Both the position numbers and the translations under genes were made by a program. A DNA stretch of 52,480 nt from an uncultured Nitrososphaeria archaeon (GTDB lineage Archaea; Thermoproteota; Nitrososphaeria_A; Caldarchaeales; Calditenuaceae), in the NCBI GenBank assembly GCA_964440295.1, contig CAYTRT010000002.1:1-52480 (forward strand), written 5' to 3'. This document shows positions 27,140-37,069 of this stretch, piece by piece (within the stretch, counting starts at the first letter, position 1; each line of letters opens with the position of its first letter). A model generated the notes under the pieces. That model was not told the origin of the DNA, did not search any database, and was given only the letters and a program-made list of their open reading frames with translations.

Positions 27140-28461
27140 CAGACGAGGTTGATATATTAATTAAAAACATTACCGCACTGACACCAGACGAAGAACCCGG
27201 AATTCTTAGAGACATCGATATTGCAATCGTTGGTGGCACGATAGCTAAAATTGGAAAAGACCTACGTTTGGATTCTAAAGAAGAGCTTGATGGCAGAGGA
27301 AAAATTGCATTACCAGGACTCGTAGATGCTCACACTCATGTCTTCCAAATTTTCTTGAGGGGCGCACTAACGATGAGTGAGCTTCAGCGACACCCAATCT
27401 GGCTGAAGGTCCTGATACCCTTCGAGGCAGATATGGATAGGGAGGAGGCAGAGATCAGCGCGAGGCTAGCATGTCTCAACATGATTAAAAAGGGAATCAC
27501 GGCATTTTCAGACGCTGGGGGGCCCTACCCAGAAATTCTTGCAGAAGCAGCCAAGGATTCAGGGCTCAGAGCCACTGTTACTTACTCAACTATGGACGCT
27601 GGTGTGCCGACCTACACTAGGACTCCGGAGCACAATAGAGACCTAGTATCTAAGTATAGAAACGGAAGGATAAGAGGTTGGTACTCCATTAGGCAACTAA
27701 TGACCTCGACAGACGACCTGATCGAGAAAACATTCAAATACGCAGAGGAAGACTCAGTCGGAGTACATATGCATCTTTGTGAAGAAGCAATAGAGATTCA
27801 ACACTCATTAACTAGGTGGGGCAGGAGACCCATAGAATTTTTGTATGAAATGGGCTATCTGAGCAGCCGAGTCCTTGCAGCTCATTGCGCATTCCTGAGT
27901 AGAGGTGATTTAGACATCATTTCTAGAACTGACCTAAAAGTAGTGCACTGTCCAACAATTAACTTAATGTATATGAATTTTCCAAGAGTGCCTGAACTAC
28001 TTGCTAAGGGAGTAAAGGTTGCATTAGGAAGCGATGGAGGAAGCTACAGGGGTCTAGACTTATTCACGGAGATGAACGTTATGATGGCCGGAATGTCTGG
28101 ATATTATGGATCGCCCTTCATGGATCATAACGTAATATCTCCTAGAGACGCGTTAATCATGGCGACGCGGAACGGCGCATTAGCACTCATGCTTGAAAAG
28201 GGAGGCTCCATAAGGGAGGGGTTCTTGGCCGACTTAACAATAATCGACACACGAAAGCCACATCTGACACCTCTCCATGACCCATTTACTCTGCCATTTT
28301 TTGCTTCGGGCGAAGATGTTTCTGAATTAATTGTTGACGGAAAGGTAGTGATGAAGGATAGACAGGTGACAACTCTTGATGAAAATGCAATCATTAGTGA
28401 GGCAACGGAATTAGTCCCAATTGTTAGAGAAAGAATACAAAAAATATTGAAAAGAAGTTAA
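27136..28461 (+). CDS. amidohydrolase-superfamily deaminase (MtaD/guanine-deaminase-like)
   Basis: HTHVFQ metal motif and downstream His/Asp residues (VHMHLCE, AHC, GSDGGS). ATGA overlap with the BMP gene. Confidence 0.7.
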   Translation: MTDEVDILIKNITALTPDEEPGILRDIDIAIVGGTIAKIGKDLRLDSKEELDGRGKIALPGLVDAHTHVFQIFLRGALTMSELQRHPIWLKVLIPFEADMDREEAEISARLACLNMIKKGITAFSDAGGPYPEILAEAAKDSGLRATVTYSTMDAGVPTYTRTPEHNRDLVSKYRNGRIRGWYSIRQLMTSTDDLIEKTFKYAEEDSVGVHMHLCEEAIEIQHSLTRWGRRPIEFLYEMGYLSSRVLAAHCAFLSRGDLDIISRTDLKVVHCPTINLMYMNFPRVPELLAKGVKVALGSDGGSYRGLDLFTEMNVMMAGMSGYYGSPFMDHNVISPRDALIMATRNGALALMLEKGGSIREGFLADLTIIDTRKPHLTPLHDPFTLPFFASGEDVSELIVDGKVVMKDRQVTTLDENAIISEATELVPIVRERIQKILKRS

Positions 28462-28509
28462 CATAAGCCGCCGATGAATCTAGATGTAGTTATCTTTTCT
28501 TCCTTCTAG

Positions 28510-30117
28510 TTATTGTGAAGCTGCTGGGAGTTTTCTTCTGTAGAAATCGTCTGAGAGCTTTCTACCAGTCCTTTTCTCCCACTCGTCTATTGGTATTCCA
28601 TACTGGGCCTGGATTCGGTCTCTATACCACTCCGGAAGGACGTTGAAGGCACAGAACGGTATAATCCTCATATCAGGGGTTAGATAATGTATTTCGCACC
28701 TCCAGACTCTTTCAACATCGTAGTTATATTTGTCTTGGAAGTGCATCATACCGAGAAACAAGCTGCGTCTATGCCAGTCTCCCACGCTTTTATAGTCATG
28801 CTTCACTATTATGTCAAATATCATCCGTTTCAAGTTAAGTCCCTGAGGCTCCTTCTTACTGTTAATGAACTTACCGATATTTGCTAGCACCTTCATCGCT
28901 ACCCAGTATTTGTTTCTACCCATCTCTATCTCTTCTGCCTTGTCTTGAAGATACTTTAATAATCCCTCTACGTCAACAAACTCAGTTATTGGTTTGAGCT
29001 TGTCTCCGTCCTTGAAGACATAGGTCCCGGCGCCGCACGCGAAATGAGTACTCAGCATATAGGTTGGCTTGCCCGTAAGTACTTCAATAAAGTCTGTTAG
29101 TGGGATGCAGGAAGGAACAGGGAACCAAGCATCTCTAGGTATCATGCCGTCGGTCTGTTCCTCGATTTTTATGATGCAGTCAGGAATCGTGATTCTATAC
29201 TTCTCTCGTTCTTTCTTGGGCATCCTTCCAGTGAGTGAGACAGGCTGGAAGTTTACCGCACGAATTATATCAATATTTGAGAATCCGAACCTGATGATGT
29301 CGCCTAGCTCGTGGTCGTTGATGCCTTTAATTATGGTCGGGACGAGAACAACGCCTACACCTAGCTTACGGGCATTTTCGAGAACTGCGGGTACCTCCCA
29401 GTGATTCTTAGGATTGGTCCTAGGCGTGACTCCGTCAAAACTCAGGTATAGATTGCTAACGCCAGCCTCTTTTAATTTCTTGAAGTACTCGAAGTCTCTA
29501 GCTAGCCTAATCCCGTTGGTGTTTAGCTGTATGTGGTCAATCCCCACACTCTTAATTATCTTAATTATTTCGGGTAGATCATCCCTAAGCGTGGGCTCGC
29601 CTCCCGTTATCTGCACTGAGTTGCCTGGAACTGGACGCTCATCCCTCAGGTTTAAAACCATCTCTTTGATCTGCTCAAGTGTAGGCTCGTAAATGTATCC
29701 TGACTTTTCCGCATAGAAGAAACAATACCAGCAGTGAAGATCGCATCGATTAGTCACTACGATGTTGGCTAGAGCAGTATGGCTGAGATGCTCGTTACAT
29801 AGGCCACAATTCGCAGGACATGCCACTCTGGTAACTACTACATCTGGATTACCAGTGCCCTTGCCGTCTCGGAGCCACTTCGCAAACTTGTAATACATAG
29901 AGGCGTCCCCAAAATAAAGCTCCTCAAACTCGCCATGCCGTGGACAATTCTTCTTTATGTAAATCTTATTGTCCTCCTCAAAGATCTCGGCCGGGAGTAT
30001 AGCGTTACACTCTGGGCAGATACTCCTAGTTTTACCAATTAATTTCTTCTTCGCCCTTTTTTCAAGCAACTCTGCCGTAGTTGTCATTCTTACCGGCAGA
30101 CTCAATAAAATGCTCAC
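28510..30117 (-). CDS. radical SAM enzyme, tetraether lipid synthase (Tes/MJ0619)-like
   Basis: N-terminal Zn-ribbon (CPECN...CPRHG) and radical SAM CDLHCWYC (CxxxCxxC). The size and layout resemble Tes from memory. The alternative ATG start would put the 5' end at 30087. Confidence 0.55.
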   Translation of the reverse strand: MSILLSLPVRMTTTAELLEKRAKKKLIGKTRSICPECNAILPAEIFEEDNKIYIKKNCPRHGEFEELYFGDASMYYKFAKWLRDGKGTGNPDVVVTRVACPANCGLCNEHLSHTALANIVVTNRCDLHCWYCFFYAEKSGYIYEPTLEQIKEMVLNLRDERPVPGNSVQITGGEPTLRDDLPEIIKIIKSVGIDHIQLNTNGIRLARDFEYFKKLKEAGVSNLYLSFDGVTPRTNPKNHWEVPAVLENARKLGVGVVLVPTIIKGINDHELGDIIRFGFSNIDIIRAVNFQPVSLTGRMPKKEREKYRITIPDCIIKIEEQTDGMIPRDAWFPVPSCIPLTDFIEVLTGKPTYMLSTHFACGAGTYVFKDGDKLKPITEFVDVEGLLKYLQDKAEEIEMGRNKYWVAMKVLANIGKFINSKKEPQGLNLKRMIFDIIVKHDYKSVGDWHRRSLFLGMMHFQDKYNYDVERVWRCEIHYLTPDMRIIPFCAFNVLPEWYRDRIQAQYGIPIDEWEKRTGRKLSDDFYRRKLPAASQ

Positions 30118-30196
30118 TATATATTGTTTTTCACCCTCATTATAAGGTAATAAAATGGTGAGTGAATGCTAAGAATGAAGATCCGGGCGTATAGGC

Positions 30197-31030
30197 TTGG
30201 CTGTTAACGAATTGAGATCGGTCATACTTTTCTCAAAGCCGGACAGCGCATCAATGCTGATTAGACAGGTACTCATTGAGAATTTCAATTGGCGAGAATT
30301 ATACAGCGAAGGAGAGAATAGATCTATGATAAGCAACGGCGCTATCGTTGGAATTACTACAGATTCTCACCACGTCTTCATGACTGAAGAAGAAATAAAA
30401 AAATTAGGAGCGGACTTAATAGTTGTAGCGTCTAGTCATCGCTCCGAGAAAGGGGTTAAGAGCCTTCATGTCCACTCAACGGGCAACTGGGGAAAGGAAG
30501 CTAAGCTGGGCGGAGAACCAAACAAACTATCATACACTATGGCTGGTGCTGTGGGCGCTGGCTTTAGGAAACTATTCGAAGTTGCTAGCGCGGAGCTCAA
30601 ACTAAAGGACTGGCTGGTAAGCCTAGAAGTCACACACCACGGCCCGCTTTCGCCCACTCCTCTGATATTTATCGAGTATGGTGGGCCAGAGGACGCATTA
30701 TTCAGCCACGAAGCTGCAATAGCAGTTGCTCAGGCATGCATATCTGCAGCCGAGTCAGGACCCTCAAATAAATCATCAATTGGCATAGGTGGAAACCATT
30801 ATGCGCCACTCTTCACCAAGCTAACACTGAGTGATCAATTCGATTTCGGCCACATAATGCCAAAATACGCTCTGCCCACATCTAGGAAAATGCTTTTGGA
30901 GGCAGTCGAAAAAGTAGTAGAGAGGCCTAAGATTGCCGTAGTTGACTGGAAGGGAATCCCCGGCAATTATCGATCAGAGATAATCAATGAATTAAAAAAC
31001 CTCGAAATTGAAGTCGTCATAGAGAAGTAG
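30197..31030 (+). CDS. dtdA: archaeal D-aminoacyl-tRNA deacylase (DTD2)
   Basis: The SSHRSEKGVKSLHVHSTGNWG region and roughly 277-aa length are typical of archaeal DtdA. TTG start. Confidence 0.65.
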   Translation: MAVNELRSVILFSKPDSASMLIRQVLIENFNWRELYSEGENRSMISNGAIVGITTDSHHVFMTEEEIKKLGADLIVVASSHRSEKGVKSLHVHSTGNWGKEAKLGGEPNKLSYTMAGAVGAGFRKLFEVASAELKLKDWLVSLEVTHHGPLSPTPLIFIEYGGPEDALFSHEAAIAVAQACISAAESGPSNKSSIGIGGNHYAPLFTKLTLSDQFDFGHIMPKYALPTSRKMLLEAVEKVVERPKIAVVDWKGIPGNYRSEIINELKNLEIEVVIEK

Positions 31031-31081
31031 AGTATGAGTGTATAGCTTAAATATATCTTTAGCTATGGTAGGGACAGAAAC

Positions 31082-31453
31082 ATGCTGCTTCCCCCAGAGG
31101 TCGAGACTAAGCTAGTACTGCCGATACTAAGGTCGATGATTGTTAGGAAACTTGTGAAAGAGCATGGCTATACTCAGGAAGAGACAGCCAAGGCGCTAGG
31201 CATAACTCAAGCAGCAGTAAGCAACTATCTACGTAAAGCTAGGGCAAAGACGAAGATCTGGGAAGATAATGAATTTCTAGACTGCGCGACAGACGAAATC
31301 GTGGAGCTTATAATCAAAAATGAAAACCCGAGGGTGATCAGAAAGAAAATGTATGAAACACTATTAAAAATAAGGAAGGCAGGACTGCTATGCAATGCTC
31401 ATAGATGTTTAGAGCCAAACATGGATGAAGAATGCGACATTTGTAAGGAGTAA
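31082..31453 (+). CDS. HTH transcriptional regulator with C-terminal Cys motif
   Basis: HTH is YTQEETAKALGITQAAVSNYL. The C-terminus has CNAHRC...CDIC. Confidence 0.6.
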   Translation: MLLPPEVETKLVLPILRSMIVRKLVKEHGYTQEETAKALGITQAAVSNYLRKARAKTKIWEDNEFLDCATDEIVELIIKNENPRVIRKKMYETLLKIRKAGLLCNAHRCLEPNMDEECDICKE

Positions 31454-31486
31454 ATAGCTTTATATCAAAGCGAATATCGTAAAAAT

Positions 31487-31993
31487 GTGATTAAGGCATA
31501 CATCTTGGGCATTGTCGGCAGTAGGAGCGAATTAGTCAGCTGCCTTGAAGCAAGCAGGAGGACACAATTCGTTAAAGAGGCATATCTCATATACGGTGCA
31601 TACGATTTAATATGTAAAGTGGAAGTTGAAAAAATCGAGCAGATCAACGTAGTTCTTGACAACCTCTTCCAAAATGGAATAGTAGACTCAAACACACTAA
31701 TAGTTAACAATTCAGGACTAAACCTCGAGAAGCCCGAGACGCATAGTAAGAGGAAATCTGCGTATACATTCATCAAGATTAGAAGACCAGCTGCGCCTAA
31801 GCTCTGGGACAAATTCCTTAATAGCATTGACGCTGTACTAGAGGCGCATGAGGTCTATGGATTCTATGACGTGGTGGTAGCTGTTAGTGAAGATGCGAGG
31901 AGCGACTTCTTCAACAGCTATTTTAAGAAGCTCTGGCTATTGACAGATATAAATCTCAACTCTACCACAACTACGTTTACAGTAGATCTCTAA
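31487..31993 (+). CDS. tandem Lrp/AsnC ligand-binding (RAM) domain protein without HTH
   Basis: Two RAM-like repeats (KAYILG...AYLIYGAYDLICKVEV and AYTFIKI...AHEVYGFYDVVVAVS). No DNA-binding domain. Confidence 0.55.
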   Translation: MIKAYILGIVGSRSELVSCLEASRRTQFVKEAYLIYGAYDLICKVEVEKIEQINVVLDNLFQNGIVDSNTLIVNNSGLNLEKPETHSKRKSAYTFIKIRRPAAPKLWDKFLNSIDAVLEAHEVYGFYDVVVAVSEDARSDFFNSYFKKLWLLTDINLNSTTTTFTVDL

Positions 31994-32796
31994 ATCCTCA
32001 GGCCAGCTCTTCCAAGAGTCATAAAAATTGAGAATACGACTATTAATATAATAACGGTCAATCCTCCCGGAGCTACTCCTGCATAATATGACCCAAATAT
32101 TCCAGCTAATACGGAGAACTCTGCCAACATCACAGATACTATGAGAGTCTTTCTGAAGCTTCTGGATACCTGCATTGATGATAATACTGGGATTGAAATC
32201 ATCGCGGCCACCAGCAATACGCCCATTAAGCTTAGAGATGCAACGATCACTAAAGAAGCCGAGACGCTCAAAATAAGCTCATAAATCTCATTTTTCTGGC
32301 CCGTAAGGTGCGCCGCGTCCTCATCAAAGACAAAAAGGAGAAAACTCCTAAGCCTAGAGAGCAATATTAAAGAAACTACTACGGTTACAATTAATAATAA
32401 GTAGACGTCGTCCCAGCTGAGAAAGAGAATGCTTCCAAACAATACGGCCTCAAAGTTCAGTCTCCCTCCAAGCGATATTATGATTGAAGTTAATGCCGCG
32501 AAAAAGGATAGTACGACTACTAATGCCTGTTCACCACTTAGCTTAATCCTCCTACTTAGCGTGAAGATAATAATTGTTGCTGGCAGTGTTATTAGGTATG
32601 CTATGTAGATGCTTTTAACAATGCCTAACAATGAGGCTAATGCCAACCCTGTTAAAGCAATATGTGCCACGGTGTCTCCGATCATCGTCAAGCGTTTGAT
32701 GACGATAAATGTACCGATGAGGGGACAAATTAGGGCAATTAGTATCCCCGCAATTATTGCACGCTGCATGAATGGCTGAAGCAACGGTTCAATCAT
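31990..32796 (-). CDS. metal (Zn/Mn) ABC transporter permease, ABC-3 family
   Basis: 268 aa and highly hydrophobic, lying in an operon with the ATPase and the TroA-type binding protein. Confidence 0.8.
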   Translation of the reverse strand: MIEPLLQPFMQRAIIAGILIALICPLIGTFIVIKRLTMIGDTVAHIALTGLALASLLGIVKSIYIAYLITLPATIIIFTLSRRIKLSGEQALVVVLSFFAALTSIIISLGGRLNFEAVLFGSILFLSWDDVYLLLIVTVVVSLILLSRLRSFLLFVFDEDAAHLTGQKNEIYELILSVSASLVIVASLSLMGVLLVAAMISIPVLSSMQVSRSFRKTLIVSVMLAEFSVLAGIFGSYYAGVAPGGLTVIILIVVFSIFMTLGRAGLRI

Positions 32797-33530
32797 GGCT
32801 GTAAGTGGATGTGTCTAAGCCCGTGAACATGTCGTCCGTATAGTTCGCACAGTCCTCCGCCTTCCATCAATTCTTCGATACTATCGAAGTGAAAGATTCT
32901 TTTATTCACGCAGATAATCTTCTTGACATAAGTGCTTACGACTGCTATATCGTGTGTACTCATTATTATTGTTGTTCCGTATCTTTCATTAATTTCTCTC
33001 AAGATATCGTATAAATCTGTCTTAAAGGTAGGATCAATAAAGCTTGTAGGCTCGTCCAAAATAAGCAATTTCGGCGAGCCCAGAAGTTCACGGGCTATGT
33101 ACAGCCGCTGAAGCTGGCCTCCTGAGAGCTCAGAAATTCTTTTATCTTTCACCTCTTTAAGCCCAACAAATTCCAACATTTTCTCCATATCCTCACGGAG
33201 TATTTTCCGGTTGGGGAATTTCAAATGTATAAACTCCTCAACGCTTAGTGGAAACCATGCATATCTCTGCTCTACATATTGTGGTACATAGCCAACCCAT
33301 TTCCATTCCTTGAATGTCTCAACATCTTTGCTAAACAACTTGATAATTCCTCTCTCAGGCTTGACGAGTCCAATCATTGCTTTTAATATGGTAGTCTTTC
33401 CTCCACCGTTGGGGCCTATTAGAGTTACAAATTCGCCCTCCTGTACAGTAAAGGAAGCATCCTCTACTACATACACTCCGGGCTCGTAGCTAATCCATAC
33501 GCCGTCAAACACTACTACCTCGCTACTCAA
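32793..33530 (-). CDS. metal ABC transporter ATP-binding protein
   Basis: Walker A GPNGGGKTT, signature LSGGQLQR, Walker B LLILDEP. Confidence 0.88.
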   Translation of the reverse strand: MSSEVVVFDGVWISYEPGVYVVEDASFTVQEGEFVTLIGPNGGGKTTILKAMIGLVKPERGIIKLFSKDVETFKEWKWVGYVPQYVEQRYAWFPLSVEEFIHLKFPNRKILREDMEKMLEFVGLKEVKDKRISELSGGQLQRLYIARELLGSPKLLILDEPTSFIDPTFKTDLYDILREINERYGTTIIMSTHDIAVVSTYVKKIICVNKRIFHFDSIEELMEGGGLCELYGRHVHGLRHIHLQP

Positions 33531-34440
33531 TGCTCAACCCCTCCACTAAAGCCTCAAGGTTCTTACTCATCCTGTAGATATAGCCCTCACCTCTCATCAC
33601 GTCCTCCAAACTCAAGGTCCCTAATGTATACAGCTTCAATACCTTTAAACCATGCTCAGCAGCAAATTTATCCACAATGTCGTCAATGCTTTCATATTCA
33701 CCAAAAACTACCTTGACGTTTTCCTTTTTTATCAACTCTATCAGATATTGCATCTTTGAAGAAGATATTTCTTCCTCCTCGATACCTAGGATTGAGGCCG
33801 TGATTAGTCCGTAAGCATTCCCTAAGTATCTGTAAGCATCGTGCCTAGTAATTATTACTCTACCTCTAAATTTGCTAAGAGTATCTAGATAATCCTTATG
33901 AAGGTTGCCTAGTTTTTCCTTGTATATCTCCGCATTCTTATTGTAGTAGTCTGAGCCTTCTGGATCAATTTTTACTAACGCATCAACAATCTTGTCAGTT
34001 ACTTTTATCATATTACTAATGTCAAACCAGAAGTGAGGGTCAACATAGCTATCAACGGTTAAGAACTCAACATTCTCAGCCGCCTCTACAAACTCAACTC
34101 CTTCAGGAACTGCTGCTCTAAATTTGTCAATCCAAGTCTCGACATGTCTTGATGAATAGATAATCAGAGCCGCCTTGGACGCTTCCAAAACATCCCTAGT
34201 GCTGGGCTCCCAATGATGGATGTCTTGCCCACTAAGTAATTGCTTTATGATTACGCGATCTCCCGCTACGTTATAAACCACATCAGCCACTATTCCAGTA
34301 GTGACCACTATCAACTTCTTTTCTCCAATATTCTGCTGATTTGGAGCCTTGTTTAAGATCAGTGAGGAAAAAATGATTAAAATTGATGCAAACAAAACCA
34401 GAGCCAATACAACTGCAAGCAGAGATTTTCTTATACGCAA
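33523..34440 (-). CDS. metal ABC transporter substrate-binding protein (TroA/ZnuA family)
   Basis: N-terminal anchor helix, conserved His/Asp segments (DIHHWEPS, DPHFWFD), and operon context. Confidence 0.8.
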   Translation of the reverse strand: MRIRKSLLAVVLALVLFASILIIFSSLILNKAPNQQNIGEKKLIVVTTGIVADVVYNVAGDRVIIKQLLSGQDIHHWEPSTRDVLEASKAALIIYSSRHVETWIDKFRAAVPEGVEFVEAAENVEFLTVDSYVDPHFWFDISNMIKVTDKIVDALVKIDPEGSDYYNKNAEIYKEKLGNLHKDYLDTLSKFRGRVIITRHDAYRYLGNAYGLITASILGIEEEEISSSKMQYLIELIKKENVKVVFGEYESIDDIVDKFAAEHGLKVLKLYTLGTLSLEDVMRGEGYIYRMSKNLEALVEGLSIE

Positions 34441-34841
34441 CTTTCATGATACACCTCTTTTCCATGAGGACACTTGCACGGATGGTTAAGAGCCCTACAC
34501 ATAGAGTTTATTATCTCTTGACCCACGTAGAGATCTATCTTTGATGCTTCTCTACACGCTAAGTCTTTATCAATATTTAAAAATGTTACAAAGTAAATTT
34601 CCAAGATCCTATGATTATGGAGAAGACGCTTAGCGATCTTCGTACCCTTGCTTGTTAATTTTGTCTCCCTCCACTTGATCCTCCTTACCAATCCATGAGC
34701 TTCAAGCCTATCCATCATCTCCGCAACCGACGGAGGCTTCACGCCTATTTTCCGCGATATAAGTGAAGTCTTTATTGGTACACCGTCTTCGAGATTTCTC
34801 ATTAACATCATTAAGTATTTTGATTCGGTGAAATTAGGCAC
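34431..34841 (-). CDS. DtxR/MntR-family metal-dependent transcriptional regulator
   Basis: Winged HTH (ISRKIGVKPPSVAEMMDRLEAHGLV) and a C-terminal metal-site segment (HPCKCPHG). It lies upstream of the metal ABC genes. Confidence 0.75.
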   Translation of the reverse strand: MPNFTESKYLMMLMRNLEDGVPIKTSLISRKIGVKPPSVAEMMDRLEAHGLVRRIKWRETKLTSKGTKIAKRLLHNHRILEIYFVTFLNIDKDLACREASKIDLYVGQEIINSMCRALNHPCKCPHGKEVYHESCV

Positions 34842-34879
34842 ATCCTAAATTAGGAATTACCTAAATTTAAACCTTTATC

Positions 34880-36127
34880 TTATTCGGCTTTAAAGACCCT
34901 TAACGCGTCTTTAAGACCAGTAATAAAGACGTCAACTTCGTCCAGCGTGTTATATACGTAGAAGCTGCACCGGGCGGTGGCTGTAAGTCCTAACTTTGTA
35001 TGAATTGGCATTGCGCAGTGATGACCAGCACGAATAGCTATTCCATATTTCTTGTCTAGGAAATCGGCCAAATCGTGTGGATGAATGTCTGCAAGCGTAA
35101 ATGAAATTAATCCGGTCCTTGCCTCAGAGTCCTCAGGCCCAAGAAGCCTAATCTTAGGCACCTCCATCAATGACTGATATGCATACGAGGTGATTTTTAA
35201 TTCATGACCCCTGACGTCCATCATCCCTAGTTTATTCAGATATTTTACGGCCTCAGCGAGCCCTACAGCGTCTGCAACAGATGGGGTGCCCGCCTCGAAC
35301 TTCCACGGAACCTCATTCCAACTCGATTTCTCGAATGATACCTCTCTAATCATTTCGCCTCCTCCTAAAAATGGATTCATTTCCTCTAACAACCTGCGGT
35401 TTGCATAAAGCACTCCGATTCCCAATGGTCCTAGCATCTTATGTCCTGAGAAGGCATAGAAGTTTGCGCCGATACCGCTAACGTTTACCGGCATGTGTGG
35501 GACGCTCTGCGCACCGTCAACCACGGTTATGGCTCCATATTCCTTGGCTGTCTTCACCAGCTCATTTACTGGATTAATTGTCCCTAAAACATTTGATGCA
35601 TGAGTGAAGGAGAAGATGCTAGCGTCTTTAAGATATTTGTCCATGAGGTCGACCCTCAAATAGCCATCATTCGTTGTCGGTAAATATTGGATTTTTGCCT
35701 TCTTGATTCTTGCGATGTTCTGCCAAGGCACGATGTTGCTGTGATGCTCCATCTCGGTGAGCACTATACTTTCACCCTTCCTCAAGTTATGCAGGGCATA
35801 TGCATAAGCCACTAGGTTTATTCCTTCAGTCGTGTTTCTAGTGAAAATTATCTCTCTCCAGCTTCTGGCTCCTATAAAGTCAGCTATAAGTCTCCTAGCA
35901 TTTTCGTAAAGCTCCGTCGACTCTACAGATAACTTGTAGACACCACGATGAACATTTGCGTTAAAATTTTCATAGTAATTTTTTATTGCGTCGATCACTT
36001 GTCTTGGTTTTTGCGTTGTAGCGGCATTGTCGAGATAGATTAATCGCCGCCCATTTACCTCTCTTCGCAAGATGGGAAAATCATCCCTGATTATTAATGG
36101 ATCGAACATGGTTAAGGATTCCAACAA
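34880..36127 (-). CDS. sufS: cysteine desulfurase, SufS type
   Basis: PLP-Lys motif FSGHKMLGP, active-site RAGHHCA, and class V aminotransferase length. Confidence 0.88.
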   Translation of the reverse strand: MLESLTMFDPLIIRDDFPILRREVNGRRLIYLDNAATTQKPRQVIDAIKNYYENFNANVHRGVYKLSVESTELYENARRLIADFIGARSWREIIFTRNTTEGINLVAYAYALHNLRKGESIVLTEMEHHSNIVPWQNIARIKKAKIQYLPTTNDGYLRVDLMDKYLKDASIFSFTHASNVLGTINPVNELVKTAKEYGAITVVDGAQSVPHMPVNVSGIGANFYAFSGHKMLGPLGIGVLYANRRLLEEMNPFLGGGEMIREVSFEKSSWNEVPWKFEAGTPSVADAVGLAEAVKYLNKLGMMDVRGHELKITSYAYQSLMEVPKIRLLGPEDSEARTGLISFTLADIHPHDLADFLDKKYGIAIRAGHHCAMPIHTKLGLTATARCSFYVYNTLDEVDVFITGLKDALRVFKAE

Positions 36128-36142
36128 TGGCTAATCGCCAAG

Positions 36143-36553
36143 CTAGATAATAAGGCTGTACGAGCTACTAATTCCTGATGATCTTCTCCTCCCAGGGCTC
36201 ATATAAGAATGCAAGACTAATCCAGATATGCTTCCTAAACCATTAGCTAAAATGTCGGTTAGCGAAAATACCCTAGTATTAGTGAAGCTTTGAAGAACTT
36301 CAATTAACATTCCTATCAAAAAACATAACAAGAAACTTCTAACAGAGCTTAGCCCTGAGTATTTCCAAAGATAGCCCATCAAGCAATATGCCATCAAGTG
36401 AACAATGAATCCCTCTCCTATCATGTGGATCTCTATAAAAATTTCGCCCACGGGATTCGCACCTATTGGTTTGAGGTCTATCAATGAGAAGTGAATAACG
36501 ACTGAGGTATACCCAATCGCTGCCAGCACTCTCCAGCCATATCTATTCTTCAT
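36143..36553 (-). CDS. VanZ-like membrane protein
   Basis: Four TM helices and the motif IEVLQSFTNTRVFSLTDILANGLG. Confidence 0.55.
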   Translation of the reverse strand: MKNRYGWRVLAAIGYTSVVIHFSLIDLKPIGANPVGEIFIEIHMIGEGFIVHLMAYCLMGYLWKYSGLSSVRSFLLCFLIGMLIEVLQSFTNTRVFSLTDILANGLGSISGLVLHSYMSPGRRRSSGISSSYSLII

Positions 36554-36596
36554 GGTTGAAAGTTAAACTCTATAACGGAGCTGATAAATTTTATTT

Positions 36597-37007
36597 ATGG
36601 AGCGTATGGAGCTAGTAAAATTTTCTAAAGCTGAGAGTGAGTTTATTCTTAAAAACGAGGTCTGTAGACTCGCATCAATCACGCCTGACGGAAAGCCACA
36701 CGTAGTACCGATCTGCTACATCTATCATGACGGTTTTTTCTACATGGTTACAGACCTCGGAACAGCAAAGCTGAGAAACATCAAGAATAACCCAGAAGTA
36801 TCGGTATTGATCGACACCTATAAGCCAAACAAGGCAGTACTGATGTGGGGGAGAGCTGACGTGTTAACCGAGGGGGAAGAATTTAAAGAAATTTCGAATT
36901 TATTCTTTAAAAGGTTTTACTGGGCTAGGATGGACCGCTGGGATGAGGGGGAGGCAGCTCTAATTAAGTTTAAACCGGTGAAAAAAGTTTCTTGGGGTTT
37001 AAAATGA
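36597..37007 (+). CDS. pyridoxamine 5'-phosphate oxidase-family (FMN/F420-binding split-barrel) protein
   Basis: CRLASITPDGKPHVVPICY motif and 136-aa size. Confidence 0.65.
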   Translation: MERMELVKFSKAESEFILKNEVCRLASITPDGKPHVVPICYIYHDGFFYMVTDLGTAKLRNIKNNPEVSVLIDTYKPNKAVLMWGRADVLTEGEEFKEISNLFFKRFYWARMDRWDEGEAALIKFKPVKKVSWGLK

Positions 37008-37069
37008 GTTAATCTATAAGTGACTTATTAAACCATTTATTAACGACCCAGACCCTAAAAGCGTGAAAA

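Noticed and set aside
37008-37069. A TPP riboswitch upstream of thiW.
   Set aside because: The spacer is only about 60 nt. It lacks the conserved CUGAGA and ACCUGA-type elements and any obvious multi-stem fold.
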